The notes under the pieces were generated by a model that ran no database searches, was not told where the DNA came from, and was given only the letters and a program-made list of their open reading frames with translations. The position numbers and the translations under genes are program-made. This document shows positions 32,289-45,700 of a DNA stretch of 64,000 bases, one piece after another. The stretch is from Candidatus Parcubacteria bacterium (lineage in GTDB: Bacteria; Patescibacteriota; Minisyncoccia; Phycocordibacterales; UBA918): contig JBJOPW010000001.1 in NCBI GenBank assembly GCA_046050355.1, forward strand, positions 67,858 to 131,857. Reading direction: 5' to 3'. Positions within the stretch are counted from its first letter, which is position 1. The number at the start of each line of letters is the position of its first letter.

Positions 32289-33732
32289 TAGACTCAAAGT
32301 TCTCAAGAATCAAATCAATAATATTCTTCTCTTGAATCGGTGTAAAGAGCACGAAGTTTTCAGACTGTATGGTATTTTCAGCTTCATCAGTACAGTTAAG
32401 CCAGAATTGGTAGACAGTCGCCGGCGCAAAATCAGTAATAACCTCAACGTGGTTGGTATTATATTCAAGTACTTCTTTTTCGAGCACAATCGGTTCAACT
32501 CCACCCGCCACTCCTTCACGATAGGTCATAATACATGAAGCCGGTTCATCAGTATTCCATTCAACGATTGTCTGTACCCGTGATTCTCCCCCCGGGAAAA
32601 TAGTAGATTCATTGGTCACATTTGAGATCAGCGGAGCCGAATTATCGCGTACCGTAATAAATTGAATCGGTTGACTACGAACGCGGTCTCCGCCAGAGTT
32701 TTCGGCAATCACAAACGCGACATAGCGAGTACCCAGAGTAAGATCAGAGAGACGCATCTGGTGTGTAGTGGCTAAAGTTGGTCGCCCTACAGAATTCTGG
32801 GTACCAAGGGTGAGATCTTGGTATTCAATGAGCGCTTTCGCCGGCACGGTTGTATCCCACGCTAGGGTGGCAGCATTTTCTTCTACCTTGACGATGCGTA
32901 AGTTACGAATGTCGGGTAACGAGGCTTTGGTTTTAAACGTGTACGTTCTACTTTCACCAGTAATTTGGTACGAATCGGTGGAACGAACTTGAAAACTGTA
33001 CTCAGTAAATGGCTCAAGACCAATGAGCTTAATCTCGTGGTCAGTGACCGCACCAGCGGTTGACGATTGTGAGAAATCAAAATTGGTACCATCAAAGCCG
33101 TTAGTTCGGGCAAAACGAACTTCTGAATTGGCTTCACGATCAGTCACCCAGGACACAGTTGCTGAAGTAGTTTCTGGTACTACCGTTGGTGGACCAACAA
33201 TGGTCAAATCTTCAGTAATACCCTGAATCGCTTTGACAGTTTCGTTAAGAATTTCCTGGAGCTGTTGTGGGCTTTGGATTTGCTGAATTTGTTCAACAAT
33301 CTCTTGCGGTGTATTAGTTTGTCCGGGTCCAACCCCACTACCTGAGCCACTGTCTGAAGATTTCTCGCTATCGACATCTATTTTGTAGTCAGCGGAGATA
33401 CCTTGGTTACCATCAGCATCAGCGGAAATCACTCGAAAATAGTACGTACGACCAGGGTCGAGGTTTTCGAGGGTCACCGAATGACTGGTACGATTTGCTA
33501 CTGGCACACGGACAACTCCCAGATCTGGATTGAGACTGTAATTTACTGCCGAATCCGCGCTTTCATTCGTCTTCCAAGTAATCGTTACCGTTGTTTCGGT
33601 GGATGAAGCAACTTTTACTTCGGTGATTTCTGGTGCTTTTGTATCACTGGTTTGCGCTATAAGCGGGTTACTCGGTAACGCAAAAACACCGAGGAAGAGG
33701 AGGAGTAGCGGAAATAAACGCAACATAATCAT
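32257..33732 (-). CDS. Secreted protein with four fibronectin-type-III-like repeats
   Basis: Signal MIMLRLFPLLLLFLGVFALP. Repeats of the type TxxTVTITWKTNESADSAVNY...LxPGxxYYFRVxSxDxxGN occur four times. Confidence 0.75.
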   Translation of the reverse strand: MIMLRLFPLLLLFLGVFALPSNPLIAQTSDTKAPEITEVKVASSTETTVTITWKTNESADSAVNYSLNPDLGVVRVPVANRTSHSVTLENLDPGRTYYFRVISADADGNQGISADYKIDVDSEKSSDSGSGSGVGPGQTNTPQEIVEQIQQIQSPQQLQEILNETVKAIQGITEDLTIVGPPTVVPETTSATVSWVTDREANSEVRFARTNGFDGTNFDFSQSSTAGAVTDHEIKLIGLEPFTEYSFQVRSTDSYQITGESRTYTFKTKASLPDIRNLRIVKVEENAATLAWDTTVPAKALIEYQDLTLGTQNSVGRPTLATTHQMRLSDLTLGTRYVAFVIAENSGGDRVRSQPIQFITVRDNSAPLISNVTNESTIFPGGESRVQTIVEWNTDEPASCIMTYREGVAGGVEPIVLEKEVLEYNTNHVEVITDFAPATVYQFWLNCTDEAENTIQSENFVLFTPIQEKNIIDLILENFESTFGWVKNITN

Positions 33733-33750
33733 AGGTAGTATACCATCACG

Positions 33751-36700
33751 TTATGGTGAGACTGGCGTAAAGACGTTGATACCAGAGTGAGGCGCACTGT
33801 TCACCCCAAACGGTACCTCAATTCCCCAGAAGATGTCCGTGGTTACTGGTGGCGTTGGTACGGTCGGTTTACTGAGATTAACATCAAGTGCTACTGGAGT
33901 TGAACTTGAGAGGAGTGAGCAGACGGCACAGCCACTGTAGGTGAACGTACTCGTAGCAAATTTTTGTTTATTGGCTGGAATCACTGATGAGGCGCCATCA
34001 CTGAGATCAGTTCCCTCTACTTCGATATCAAATGGTACGTTACCAGCATTTGCAATAGTCGTTGTTGCATTATAAGAACCGGTATCAGCTTGAGGGGCCA
34101 AAGAACCGTAGTTAATACCAGAATTTATACTCAGTGATCTTACCGTAAGTAGTTCAACGGCCAAGCTATCAGCAAAATCATATCCGCCACTATTATCAAT
34201 CACTTCAGTGAAGGCGAACCACTCAGCTGCGCCATCATCTGAAGGAGTTGCAAAGAATTGTATATCAGCATAACAAATTAAGTTACAGTTGTTGCCTGTG
34301 CACTGCAGATTACATTGATTACTGGTATCAACACGGTAACAATTGTTGTCATCAGGTGTACATGATGAGGTACCGGACGCGGTTTTGTAGAAGGTAGTCG
34401 TAGCCATTTTAATATCACTCGCACCGTTAAAGTCGGTAATGGTTGTCGTGGCGTAAATGCGGGTGGTTGTTCCTGGTAGCAATGCAATGTCAAACCCGTC
34501 ATTGAGGTTGACTGTGCCAATCACCGGATCAAATTGGAGACCAAGTTCAGCCACTTTAGCGTAGTAGTCGATTGGAGTTGAACCGTTTACCACGCGGAAA
34601 CAGTAGTTATCAGAAGCATTGTTAGTCGGAGTAATCACATACTCAAGTTCGGTGTAACGATCTTGATTAACTGATAAACCACTAGTCATAGTAGACGGAC
34701 TTTCAACAACCGCACCAGCACTAAACTGACCATTACTGGTAGTAAGCAAGTCGGTAGTCGCTTCACCGTCGGTAACGTTGCTGGATACCTGCATACAAAC
34801 GGGTGACGATCCGCACGATGCCTGATTTGGTACGGCTGCAAAGCTACCACTACTGACCGCTTCACAACTCGGAGCACCACCCTTGGCGGCATACTGGAGC
34901 CGGTAGGTCTGTCCTGTCACATCGAGACCAGAATTCTCTATGCCGATACGTAGACGACGAGTGACATTTGGCAAGCCACTACCTAAAGTATTCTCCGCAG
35001 CGACCCACGATGCACCACCGGCAGTTTGTTTGGCACCAAAGGAAATACCGGGATTAATCGGACCTCGTCCGCTCACCTGGTAGCTATCCCAGGCGCCATT
35101 TTGTACCCAGAAGGTAAAGCCCATACCACCACTGGTATACGAACTATCGGTAGCGGTAGTCGACGCTACAATCGAGCCAGCAGCATTATAGAGGTACACA
35201 TCAATACGATTGCTGGTTTGCCAATCAATTTCGACCAGATACCAACCAGTAGCAAAGGTGACCGTGGTAGACGCCAAGCGGGTACCGGAAACATCGTTAT
35301 CAGTTACATTCTTCGACAGTGAGAGGCGGTCTGTTCCAAACAGTTCAAGACACACTGCGTAGTTATTATTATTGGTGCCGGGAGTTTGTACACCAAATAG
35401 TGCACAACCTTCATCGGCTGATCCCGTTGTAGTATCGACGTATTGGCGATATCGAATAACTTGACCCTGCGCTGTTAGACTGCCGGTACGGAAGATACCA
35501 TCAGTGGTTCGACCTGACTTATTTAAGGCTTCAAGCGCATAGCTACCACCAAAGACTGGCGCGGTATCGGTCTGGAATAATGTCGTATCGCCACTGTACT
35601 CAGTAATATTGTTATCTTCAAAGTCGTCACTAAAGCTGAAAGTGGCAGCCGCTGAACTTGAACTGGTTGAACTTGCATTTCCAAAGTACGCAAAGACATC
35701 AGTATATGCATTTGCCGCTAGACTCGGCACCTCTACCCACACCACGGCTTCAGTACTCGCCGTGTAACGATCAAGCCAGAAATCAAGTGGCGTCACCCCG
35801 TCAATACGGGTAAAGCGAAGATCATCAAAGTCAGATTGCATCGCACTATCGTACGGTACGACAATCTTAACCGTGGTGGTCGAGAAAGTGGTAGCGGTAA
35901 TGTTTTCGATGCGGACTCGCTGCCGATTACTCCATGACAAGTTATACCACTCACTATTTGGCGCTCCTTCTCCCCCATCATCAGCACGCCAACGGTAGCT
36001 GGTCTGTGAAGTCAAAAGACAACCACTATCGTCAAAGCGTATTGAACCACATGCGTCAACACCGTCACTGTCAAACGCTTCTCCACCGATGTTGCCGTAG
36101 CTACCACTAAAGCGCCACGCATTACTGGTACTACCGACCAGTGCTGTATTGGTACCATTCCAACTATTTCCAGCATTAAAGCCAACGGCGGTAAATATCT
36201 TTGACGCATTGGCATTAAGCGCTGTGTCAGCCAATGTGATGAGGGTACCACCGTTAAGCGCTAGATTGTAGTAACCGTTACTCAAATTGGTGATAGTAGG
36301 CGTATTGATGAAATTAAGACCGGTGCTATTGAGGGCGTTAAAGCGATAGTACTGGGCATTAAAGGTACCACCAGTGACAATAAACGCGTGGGTGCCGGTA
36401 CTGATGTTACCAATGGTAGTCGAGGCACTTAGTCCACCAATGATACTAAGAGTACCGCTCTGGACAGTGGTAGTTGCATTTTCATTGATCCGAACGGTTA
36501 CTGCTCGCTCAGTGCCAGTAAGTGCAGTACCATCAAAATCGGTAGCGTACGACCAGTATTCACTCGTGGTGGCAACGGTGAAGTCTCCATAAATATTGAG
36601 GGCTCCGTCAACTACGCCATGGTCTTGTGAGTAGAGTGAGGCCCCCGCACCGGTAGTGGTGGTAGCCACCGAACTATTCCACAGGCGTAGATCAGCGACA

Positions 36701-39700
36701 TTGATTGACAAGGTGGCATAATCGTCACCACCAGTGGTTTTAGTATTGATAGTGTATGGCGCACTGTTGGTGAGACTGATAATGGTATTAGTCCAGGTCG
36801 TTGCACCACCACCAACAAGATTAGTGAACACACCACCAATACTAAGCGAAGTACCAGCTTCTTTGGTAAATGCTGATGCGGTGGTGAGGGTAAGGTTATT
36901 TGTTGTCGTGGCATTACCTTGCCAGGTCCATCCACCGGAAGCACTGGCAAACTGGACATTGTAGAACGGACTGGTACTTGCATTGATGGTCTTGCCACTG
37001 GCTGTCGCATTGAAGAGGACGGTTCCAGAAGCATGACTGAAGGTACCGCCAGTCACGAGGAATGAGCCACCAACAGAGAGTGTATTTGTCGCTGCCACGA
37101 GGGATCCAGATGCTATGACTACATCATCACGGAAGGTCGCTGAGGCATCAGTGATATTGATGGTACCAACATCAGTCTTGCGGAGCGCAAAGAGATCAGA
37201 ACCACGGGTGGTGATTGAGGCGGCACTGGCACTCGTCATATAGAGGTCAGCAGTGTTATGAGTGACAGTACCACTCGCATTAGTGAATGAACCACCGACA
37301 GCGAGGGCGCCACTTGGCAGCGTGACAGTACCAGTGTTACTGATAATAAAGCTACCGGTAGTCGTAGCATTGGTATCAGTCATACTCCAGGCACCGCCAG
37401 CACCCGTGAAGTACAAGGCTGGCACCATCGCGTCATCAAAGCGGACAATATTACCAGTTGAAGAACTGACAAAGGCAATACCGGTACCTGGCATCGAGAA
37501 GCTACCACCCGTCGCATTAAACGAAGCACCAATAGTGGTCGTACCACTACCAAAGGTTACCGTACCAGCGCTTTGAGTGTAAGAACGAGTAGTAGTCAGC
37601 GCACTATCGGCTACTGTCCAAGAACCACTACCAGTGATATAGAGGTTGTAGAATGCCCCACTATTGACGTCAATCGTACGACCAGCACCCGTAGTGGTGA
37701 GTGTGGTTGTTGATTGACCAGCGGTAAAGACAGCTCCAGCACCAAAGATGATACTGCCAGCAATACTGTGTGTCTCATTGCCCTGTGCGCGCCAAGTGGC
37801 ATTCGCAAGAGCCTCAAGCGTGCCGTCTTGCGCACCGCCACCACCGCCACCACTAAGGGTGACATTACCATTTGGTTCAAAGGTCTTACTTGTCCAGATA
37901 AGGAGCTTCTGGTCAGCTGGCAAGCTGAGCGTATCGCTGCCAGCATCAACCGCCGTGAAGAGAATATCACCATCATCACTACTATCCCAAACCGCCATGT
38001 CGGCAATTGAAAGTGGGCTAGTGTTTTCGTGGCGGACAATCACCCGATTTTCGTACAAGTGCATGTCACTAATCGATGAGATTGGATCAGCACTGACGGT
38101 TACTGCCTTGCGGATGTTGTTGTCGATATACACCGTCAACGTATCAGCCGGACTAAAGGCTACGTTTGGAATACTATATGCTCCGGTAGTGGCATTACAT
38201 GGTGTTGAGTAGGTCGTAAGCCCTGCAACGCGGAGCACAATGTTGGCGGTGACGCCGTTACAAACTGGCGAGACCGTCACCCCTTCGTCACTGTAGACAT
38301 TACCCGATACCGTGATAAGCGCAGCTGAGTCATCCCAGACGATGTACCCAGGATCACCAGCCGGATCATTGTCATATACTTCCCCATCAATTGAGCCGGT
38401 GTGGTTCGTAAAGCGCCACGAACTAACCGCCGTTCCGGTCGCGGTCACGTTGGTAGCAGCACTCACACCAGTTGAAGTGGCGAAATGGTTGTTAGTTAAG
38501 TTCTTCGCCGGGTTGTTATTAAGGACAGTACTACCAATGGTAACGCCTGTACCACCAGTAGCCCCAACTTCGATATCCACTCGTGAGAAATCGGTGACGA
38601 TTGGTGTGCCGGTAAAGATGATACCACTGGTGCTAGCGTTGCGCACCGTTGCATAGTTCCAGTTAGCAGTGCCACTACCACCAATTATCACACCATAAGT
38701 GCCCGCGCCTTGATTGGTGATTGAGGTGGATGCTCCAGCAGCCCCAATTACCGAGAGACTACCACCAGTGAGATTATAGGCTGCACCTGAAGCAAAGGCT
38801 ACGGTCACGACACGTTCACTACCACTAAGAGCGGTGCCATCAAAGTCAGTGGCGTAACTCCAGTAATCAGACGCGCTTGTTTCGGCAAACGTGCCGTAGA
38901 CGTGGAGAAGACCATTGGTGTTGTTGTGATCTTGTGAGTAGATACCACCGAGCGCATTGTAGGTAGTAGCGCTACTATTCCAGAGACGGATACGAGTATC
39001 ACTGGCCACTCCGAGTGTACTGTATGTATCGGCAGTAGTTTTTTGGTTCACTGCTATGCTGCTACCACCATAGAAGTAGAGCGTGCCCGGGAAATCAGTG
39101 GCTGCGCCACCCAGTTGATTATCAAAGGTACCCGCGAGTGCCAGTGTCGTACCCGTCGCGACTCTAAAGAGTGCGTGGTTCTGGAGAGTAAAGCTCACGG
39201 TAGAGGTCGCTGATTCAGATACGGTAAATGAACCAGTGCCATTAATACGGGTGCGAGCGAGCGGTGAAGTACCCATCGCAATGGTATGAGTTCCACTACC
39301 AGTGAAAGCAGCTATGCCACCGTTTGCTAGTACCGTCCCGTTATTATCGATACTACCGGCAATAGTGGTGGTCGCCGTATCACTGAGACTCAAGGTCGAA
39401 GCTGAAGCTACAAACACGTCGCCACTTACCGTAAGTACTGGGTCTGACTGATTGGTGGTGAAGGTTGAAGAAGCAGTACCGTTACCGATAGTGAGATTAC
39501 GGTTAACGAGGATACCAACACCACTGGTCGTGAAGGTAGAACTACCAACGCTGGCTCCGACAGCTAAGTCGTAGTAGGTCGTACCGAGCACAGTTGCGTT
39601 CGCACCACTATAGGTAACGAGCCCAGTGCCTGGTCGATACGTTCCAGACACCGAGAAGACGGTACCGCTACCCGTGAGATTAATTGGCGAAGAGCCAACA

Positions 39701-42700
39701 TCGTACACATGAGCAGCACTAATGGTGAGGCGGCCGCTGACTGTCGTAGTAGCGGCACTAGCTGGTGTAGTAGTACCAGCTACTGACCCATTACCCAAGA
39801 CTAGGTTTGCAAAGGTCCATGGCGTGGTACCACCAAGGGTATTAGTGCGGGAAATGGTTGTCGTACCTGAGCCAAGGGACAATGTGCCGTTCCCGGTAAG
39901 TTGTCCGTTAAGGAGTGAGATATTATTGGTGCCCGTGACGGTACCAGCGCTGATGGTCATATCTCCAGTGAGACTGAGTGGTGCGCCAATATTCCATGCC
40001 CCACCCACTCCGGTAAAGGAAAGGTTATGGAAGTTTTGGGTGGTGGCCGCAGTAATACTCTTACCAGTAGTGGTGGCGGTAAAGACAAAGGTCGAAGATG
40101 CCGCGGTAATAGTGGCATTCTGACCAACTACCAGTCGACCAGCCAAGCTATGCGTATCAGTACCAGCGGCGATGAATTGTGACGAGGTCGCCAGTGTAAG
40201 ACTTCCCTCAAAGGCGCTACTTGAGGCATTACCGGCGAGCGTGACTGGTCCGCCTGGAGTAAAGGTCGTGCTCGCCCAGACAAAGAGGCCATTATTCGAG
40301 AGGACAGTGAGTGACGTCGACGGTGTCGTGGTGGCACTAAAACGCATATCGGTATCTGAAGCAGTATCAAAGAGCGTCAGGTCAGCAATTGAGAGCGGCA
40401 CTGCCCCTTCATGACGAGTAATGAGTTGGTAGGCATACACATCAAGATTCGTGATGTCACTGGTTGGAGTTTTGGTGACTGCCGCACCCGAAACACCTCC
40501 GTTAGTATTGAGGTACACGGTAATCTTTGGGTCGCCAATAAACGCAACATTACTAAAGCTGTAGGCACCAGTAGTGACATTACACGAGGTTTGCGCAGTG
40601 TAACTACCACTATTAACGACGACCCGCACGTTTGGCGTTACTCCATCACACACCGGTGCACCAAGCGAGGCTCCGCCATCACTCGTGAGCACTCGTCCAG
40701 ACACCGTAATGAGATACGAACTATCATCAAAGCGAATGGCGCCAGGATTTGCATCCCCGCTATCAAAGGCCTCGCCGTACAGGTTGCCGCTTCCCTCCTT
40801 GAACCAAACAAAACTAGTTGAAGTGCCGGTAAAGGTAACGTTTGCTCCGGTACCAGCAGTCGTGGTCGCAAAGGCGACGCGGAGTAGTTGTTTGGCTGGA
40901 TTGGTACTTACGGTCGTACCATCAATCCGCAGACCCGAGGTTCCTGGAGTAACATCAATATAACCATCGTCAAATTGTGACAGCGTCGTTGAACTTAAGA
41001 GACCAAAGCCGGCTGATCCGGTACTCGCCACACTAAAGTAGCGAGCCGTCACAATACTGTTCGTGGCATTAAGCGAGAACGAACCGGTGAGTGCCGCAAT
41101 GGTTGTCGATGCCGAACTAGTACCCGTAAAGTTGAGTGAGGCCGCCGTGAAGCCAACACTCGAACCGCTCGCCACCCGCACATCTACCTGGCGTGGACTA
41201 CCGAGTACCGTACCGTCAAAGTCAGTGGCGTAGGCCCAATGTTCGGTGCCGGTACTACGGATGTAATTACCGTAAATGTTGAGATCGCCATCAACTGCGG
41301 CATGATCTTGTGAGTAGATTGAGCCAGTATCACTCGTGATGTAGGTGGTGGCTGATGAATTCCACATTGCAATATCTGCATCATTGGCTACTTGGAGCGT
41401 ACCGTAAACGTCACCACCAAAGGACTTAGTATGCATACTGTGATCGGTACCGATGAAACGAAGGAGTGAGCCCGTCCAGGTGGTCGACGTACCAGACATA
41501 GTTTGTGAGAACGTACCTGATGCGGTCAGTGACAAACCGCTCTGTAATGTAAATTGAGTGGCATTAGTCAAATTGATGGCAACCGTAGCAGTAGCGCTTT
41601 CGGTGACAGTAAAGTCGCCACCAGCACCATTAAATTCGAGGGTGGCAAAGGTTGATGATCCAACCGCTATCGTTTCACTGCCGGCGGTTGAATTAAAGCG
41701 GACAGTACCGTTGTTAGCACTAAACGCACCATTGTTATCAAATGATCCGCCCACACTGAGGATGCCACTCGGGAAAGTTGCACTCGCTCCAGCGTCGGCA
41801 ATGTAGTTACCAAGAATTGTTGTGTTGGTATCAGTAAAGACACGAGCGAACCTGGCTTCTGCAGTACTGGTACTATAGAACGAAGTTGACGTACTCTGGT
41901 TATTGAACTCAGTACCAAGCCAACCTGCATCACGTACCACCGAAGCTAGACGGAACTCGTCGATACGTCCATCATGATATTGACTCGCGCCGAGACTACC
42001 AAGTGAGAAGCCGGTTAAGGTCACGTTTGGATCACTCGCGGTACTACTCGTGATAAAGGCACCGTCAAAGTAGATACTCATATTGCCACCACCAGCGCCA
42101 GGAGACACCAACCCGATATGAGTCCATTTGTTTCGGTACGAAGCATATGAACTCGACACGCGACCGGGTACACCAGCAGCACCAAAGTCCCAGTAGAGTA
42201 TGGCATCACTCCACGGTCCATGGGTTGCCACCCGCTGCCCACCACTTTCAGTAAAGCCAAAGAGATTGGCAGCTTTTGTTTCGGCCGTTGTCACATTGTT
42301 CCAAGCAGTAACGGTGATCGTATTTGACGCATTCACCCAGGCAAACGCTGCATTGGTAAGATAATCATTGACGCCATCAAAATCGATCGCATTCCCAAGC
42401 ACACCGGCCACGACGTCAGTAGCATCCATCGCACCTACCTGACTCAAACGCCTATCAAACCGCGTACTATCAACAGTGATACCCGCTGGGTCAGAGTCCA
42501 AGTGGTACACCGCCTGGTAGCCGTTGGTCCAAACATTTTGAGCACCAAAGGCAGACGTCGAGGCGTAAGCGGTAGCACCACTATTACCGTAGTATACGTA
42601 GAAGTCGGCACTGGTTGAGGTCGCGAGACTTGGCGCTCTGAAGTACACCTCACCTCGCTTCGTACTGGTACTGACAGACACCACTTCAAGTGGTACTTCG

Positions 42701-45700
42701 GTGACTCCATCACTCGCCGTAATGCGGATATCAGCCCCACCGGTAGTAATTCCAGTGAAGAAATCATCGCCAAGATCGGCCAGATTGAGGTACACTGGGA
42801 AGTTTGTCATACTACCCATCACCTTCGATCCTTGAATAGTAATCTTCTTGCGTGCTGACCAACTATCGTTGTACCAGCCAGAAGCAGCGCCACGGACGCG
42901 TAGATTATTAAACGATGAACCATTCGTCGAAAGCGTATCGGCATCCTGAACCAGGAGTATGACTTCCCCGTTATTATGGGCAAAGGCACCTGAACCAGTG
43001 GTGACAAAATCACCACCAACCGCAAGCGTTGTCGTTGGCATAGTTACGGTACCGGCCGTGATACGCATATCGCGGGTCGTCGTCGCTGCTCCCGTGAAGG
43101 TCCAGCCACCAGCACCGGTAAACACTAAATCGTAAAAGTTATTGAGGAATGGTGTACCGCTGGTCGTAATTGACCGACCAGCCACACTACTCGTCATGCG
43201 TACCTCACCGTTGTTGTGCGCAAATTGCCCACCAGTGTTGAGGAATGAACCACCAATGGTCGTCGTACCAGTTGGCAAGGTGACGGTACCAGTGGCGATA
43301 GTCAAGGTACCGTTAAGCGCCAATGTACTCGTACTAAATGACCAATTACCACCAACACCGGTGAACGAAAGATTATTAAAGGCTGACGTACCACGTGCAA
43401 TGACTCCCGTTGAGGTACCAATAAATGAGACCGTACCAGACTGTGGTACAAAGGCATTGTTATTTGTCCAATGGCGCAGCACGTTGATATTAAAACCAGA
43501 ACCAGACGCATTGAGGGTATCGTCATTACCGATGGTGAGAGACTCACTACCAACGTTGCCTGACAAAGTAATCGTCTTAGCGGTACCATCAATAACGACA
43601 TTACCAATATTGGTACTGAGATTTGCAGCTTTTGCGTCACCCCAGAGACTACTACCAGTACCATCAAAGGTCGTTGTGCCGAGTCCACTAAACGTACCGT
43701 TGGCACCGAGACTGAGGTTGCCACCTATGTTCAGTGTCGTTGTCCCGCGAGCCAGAGTACCGTAGTTTACGGTGAGATTGCCATAGGTAATGAGTGGTTT
43801 CGTCAGGGTAAAGGTTGCATTGCCACTACTTTCACCAAAGGTAACATTATAGAACGCTAGTGAACTTGAGGCGTTTTGTGGTGTCTGGGTTGAAGTGGTG
43901 GCCGTGAAGATAATGGTTGATTGTCCCACCGTAAAGGTACTCTGATTATCCCAAACATTACTAATACGGAAGGTACTGGTGGCTGGGGCAAAGGTACCAT
44001 TATTTTGGAAATTGATAACACTGGTATCAGCTCCTGGTGCGTAGGTGGCACCAGAGAGTACTCGCAATCTGGCATCGCTACAGGTTGATTCAGCACAAAG
44101 GCTAATGGTACTACCGCCACTAGCGCTATAGAAAATATCTTCGTTGGCAGCATTGGCGTAGAGGGCCAAATTGGCATTCGTTACCGTCGTACCATCATTA
44201 GAACCAATAGTGAGATGACGTTTACTCAGTTGCATACCGGTAATGTCACCAGAGCCATCATATACAGTCACCGCTACCGCTTCGTCAGTACCACTCGCAT
44301 TTTGGATAAACACAGTAATCACATCACCTGCCACGGCAGATACGTTTGGAATCGACCAGGTACCCGCCGAAGCGACGGTCGACCACGTCACCACTACCTT
44401 ACCATTACCGCCACTTGATCCGTTGGTAATTGAGGTTACCGCTGCCGCACCTACCCCCACGCCAGCACTATAGTCTGGATCAGCGGTATTAGCAGCCTGT
44501 GTACCAGAGCCACTAATCGTCGAGGTAGCCGAAACTCCGGTGAGCGCAGTGTACGAGGAACCACCGCCGCCGCCAGCGCCAGGGTTGTGCGTATAAAAAT
44601 CACTGGCGTTTGCTCCACCACCGCCACCATAGTAGCCTGCACCACCACCACCGCCACCGGCCAAGATAGCAGTAGTCGAACCAGAACCGCCTGTGCCGCC
44701 ACCACCAATACCACCAGCGCCACCAGCCCCCACACCACCAGCGGTACCAGCACCAAGCCCTCCTTGGTAGGCTGCACCAACGGTCGCATTACTACCACCA
44801 ATGGCCCCGCCCGCTACTTGTGTTCCTCCGCCACCACCACCTGATGCAGCCGTAGTAGAGCCTGTTTCCCCAGTGAGACCACCGCCCGCCCCACCATTAC
44901 CAAGCACCAACCCATCAGTAGCTTGTGGTCGCAAAGCAAAGGTAAAGTAACGTCCTACATCAGCACCAAGCGTTGCTTGCGTCATTGTTGGTGCACCGAG
45001 TGAACCGGCACTTGAAATTGGATTATCTCGATAACACAAGAACACTGAGTTATCAGTACCATTTGCGTTCGCTGCATAAAAATTCGCATCCGCAGCATTA
45101 GGGGTATTACACGAACCACCACCTGGACCCCAAGTATTATTGTCCATTGACCCACCCACATGGACGACCATAGCGTCAGGCACCGTGCTCGAAAGATTAC
45201 TACCAGTGAAGACTGTGTTTGCGACCGTTACCGCGGTATTAGTCCCAAGCACATCATAAGGGTTGCCAGTAATAGCCGCTCCTCGGAACGCCCAGATACG
45301 CCCCGTGTATGATTCGGTAGCAGGACCCGCAAAGGTAGGGTTGGCTGGTGCCGCACCCGTACGGCGGTAATACCATACCGATACTCGTCCTTCACCAGCT
45401 GAACCAGCCTGGGTTGAAAACTCAGTCCAACCAGTACAGTTTGTAGTACAGGTGTGAGCTGTATCAGTGCGTGAATGCAGGACGGCGATGTAGAGATCAT
45501 TAACCGCTGTAGACGCAGGAATTGTTGGCGTACAAGCAGCTCCGTTAACGCCACAAGCGGTTCCTGCTCCAACATATTTAATGTTTGTTACTCCACCACC
45601 ACCGCCACCACCACCACCAGCGACGAGAAGTGGGGTTGAAGTACGAAATACTCCTGAGTAGCCGCCACCGCCACCGCCACCGGTAGAAGTCGCTGCCGTG

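Noticed and set aside
33733-33750. TATACT hexamer 4 nt upstream of the Fn3 gene ATG as an internal promoter.
   Set aside because: It is too close to the ATG for a transcript to include the start codon. The 18-nt gap after the giant-gene stop fits co-transcription and translational coupling better.
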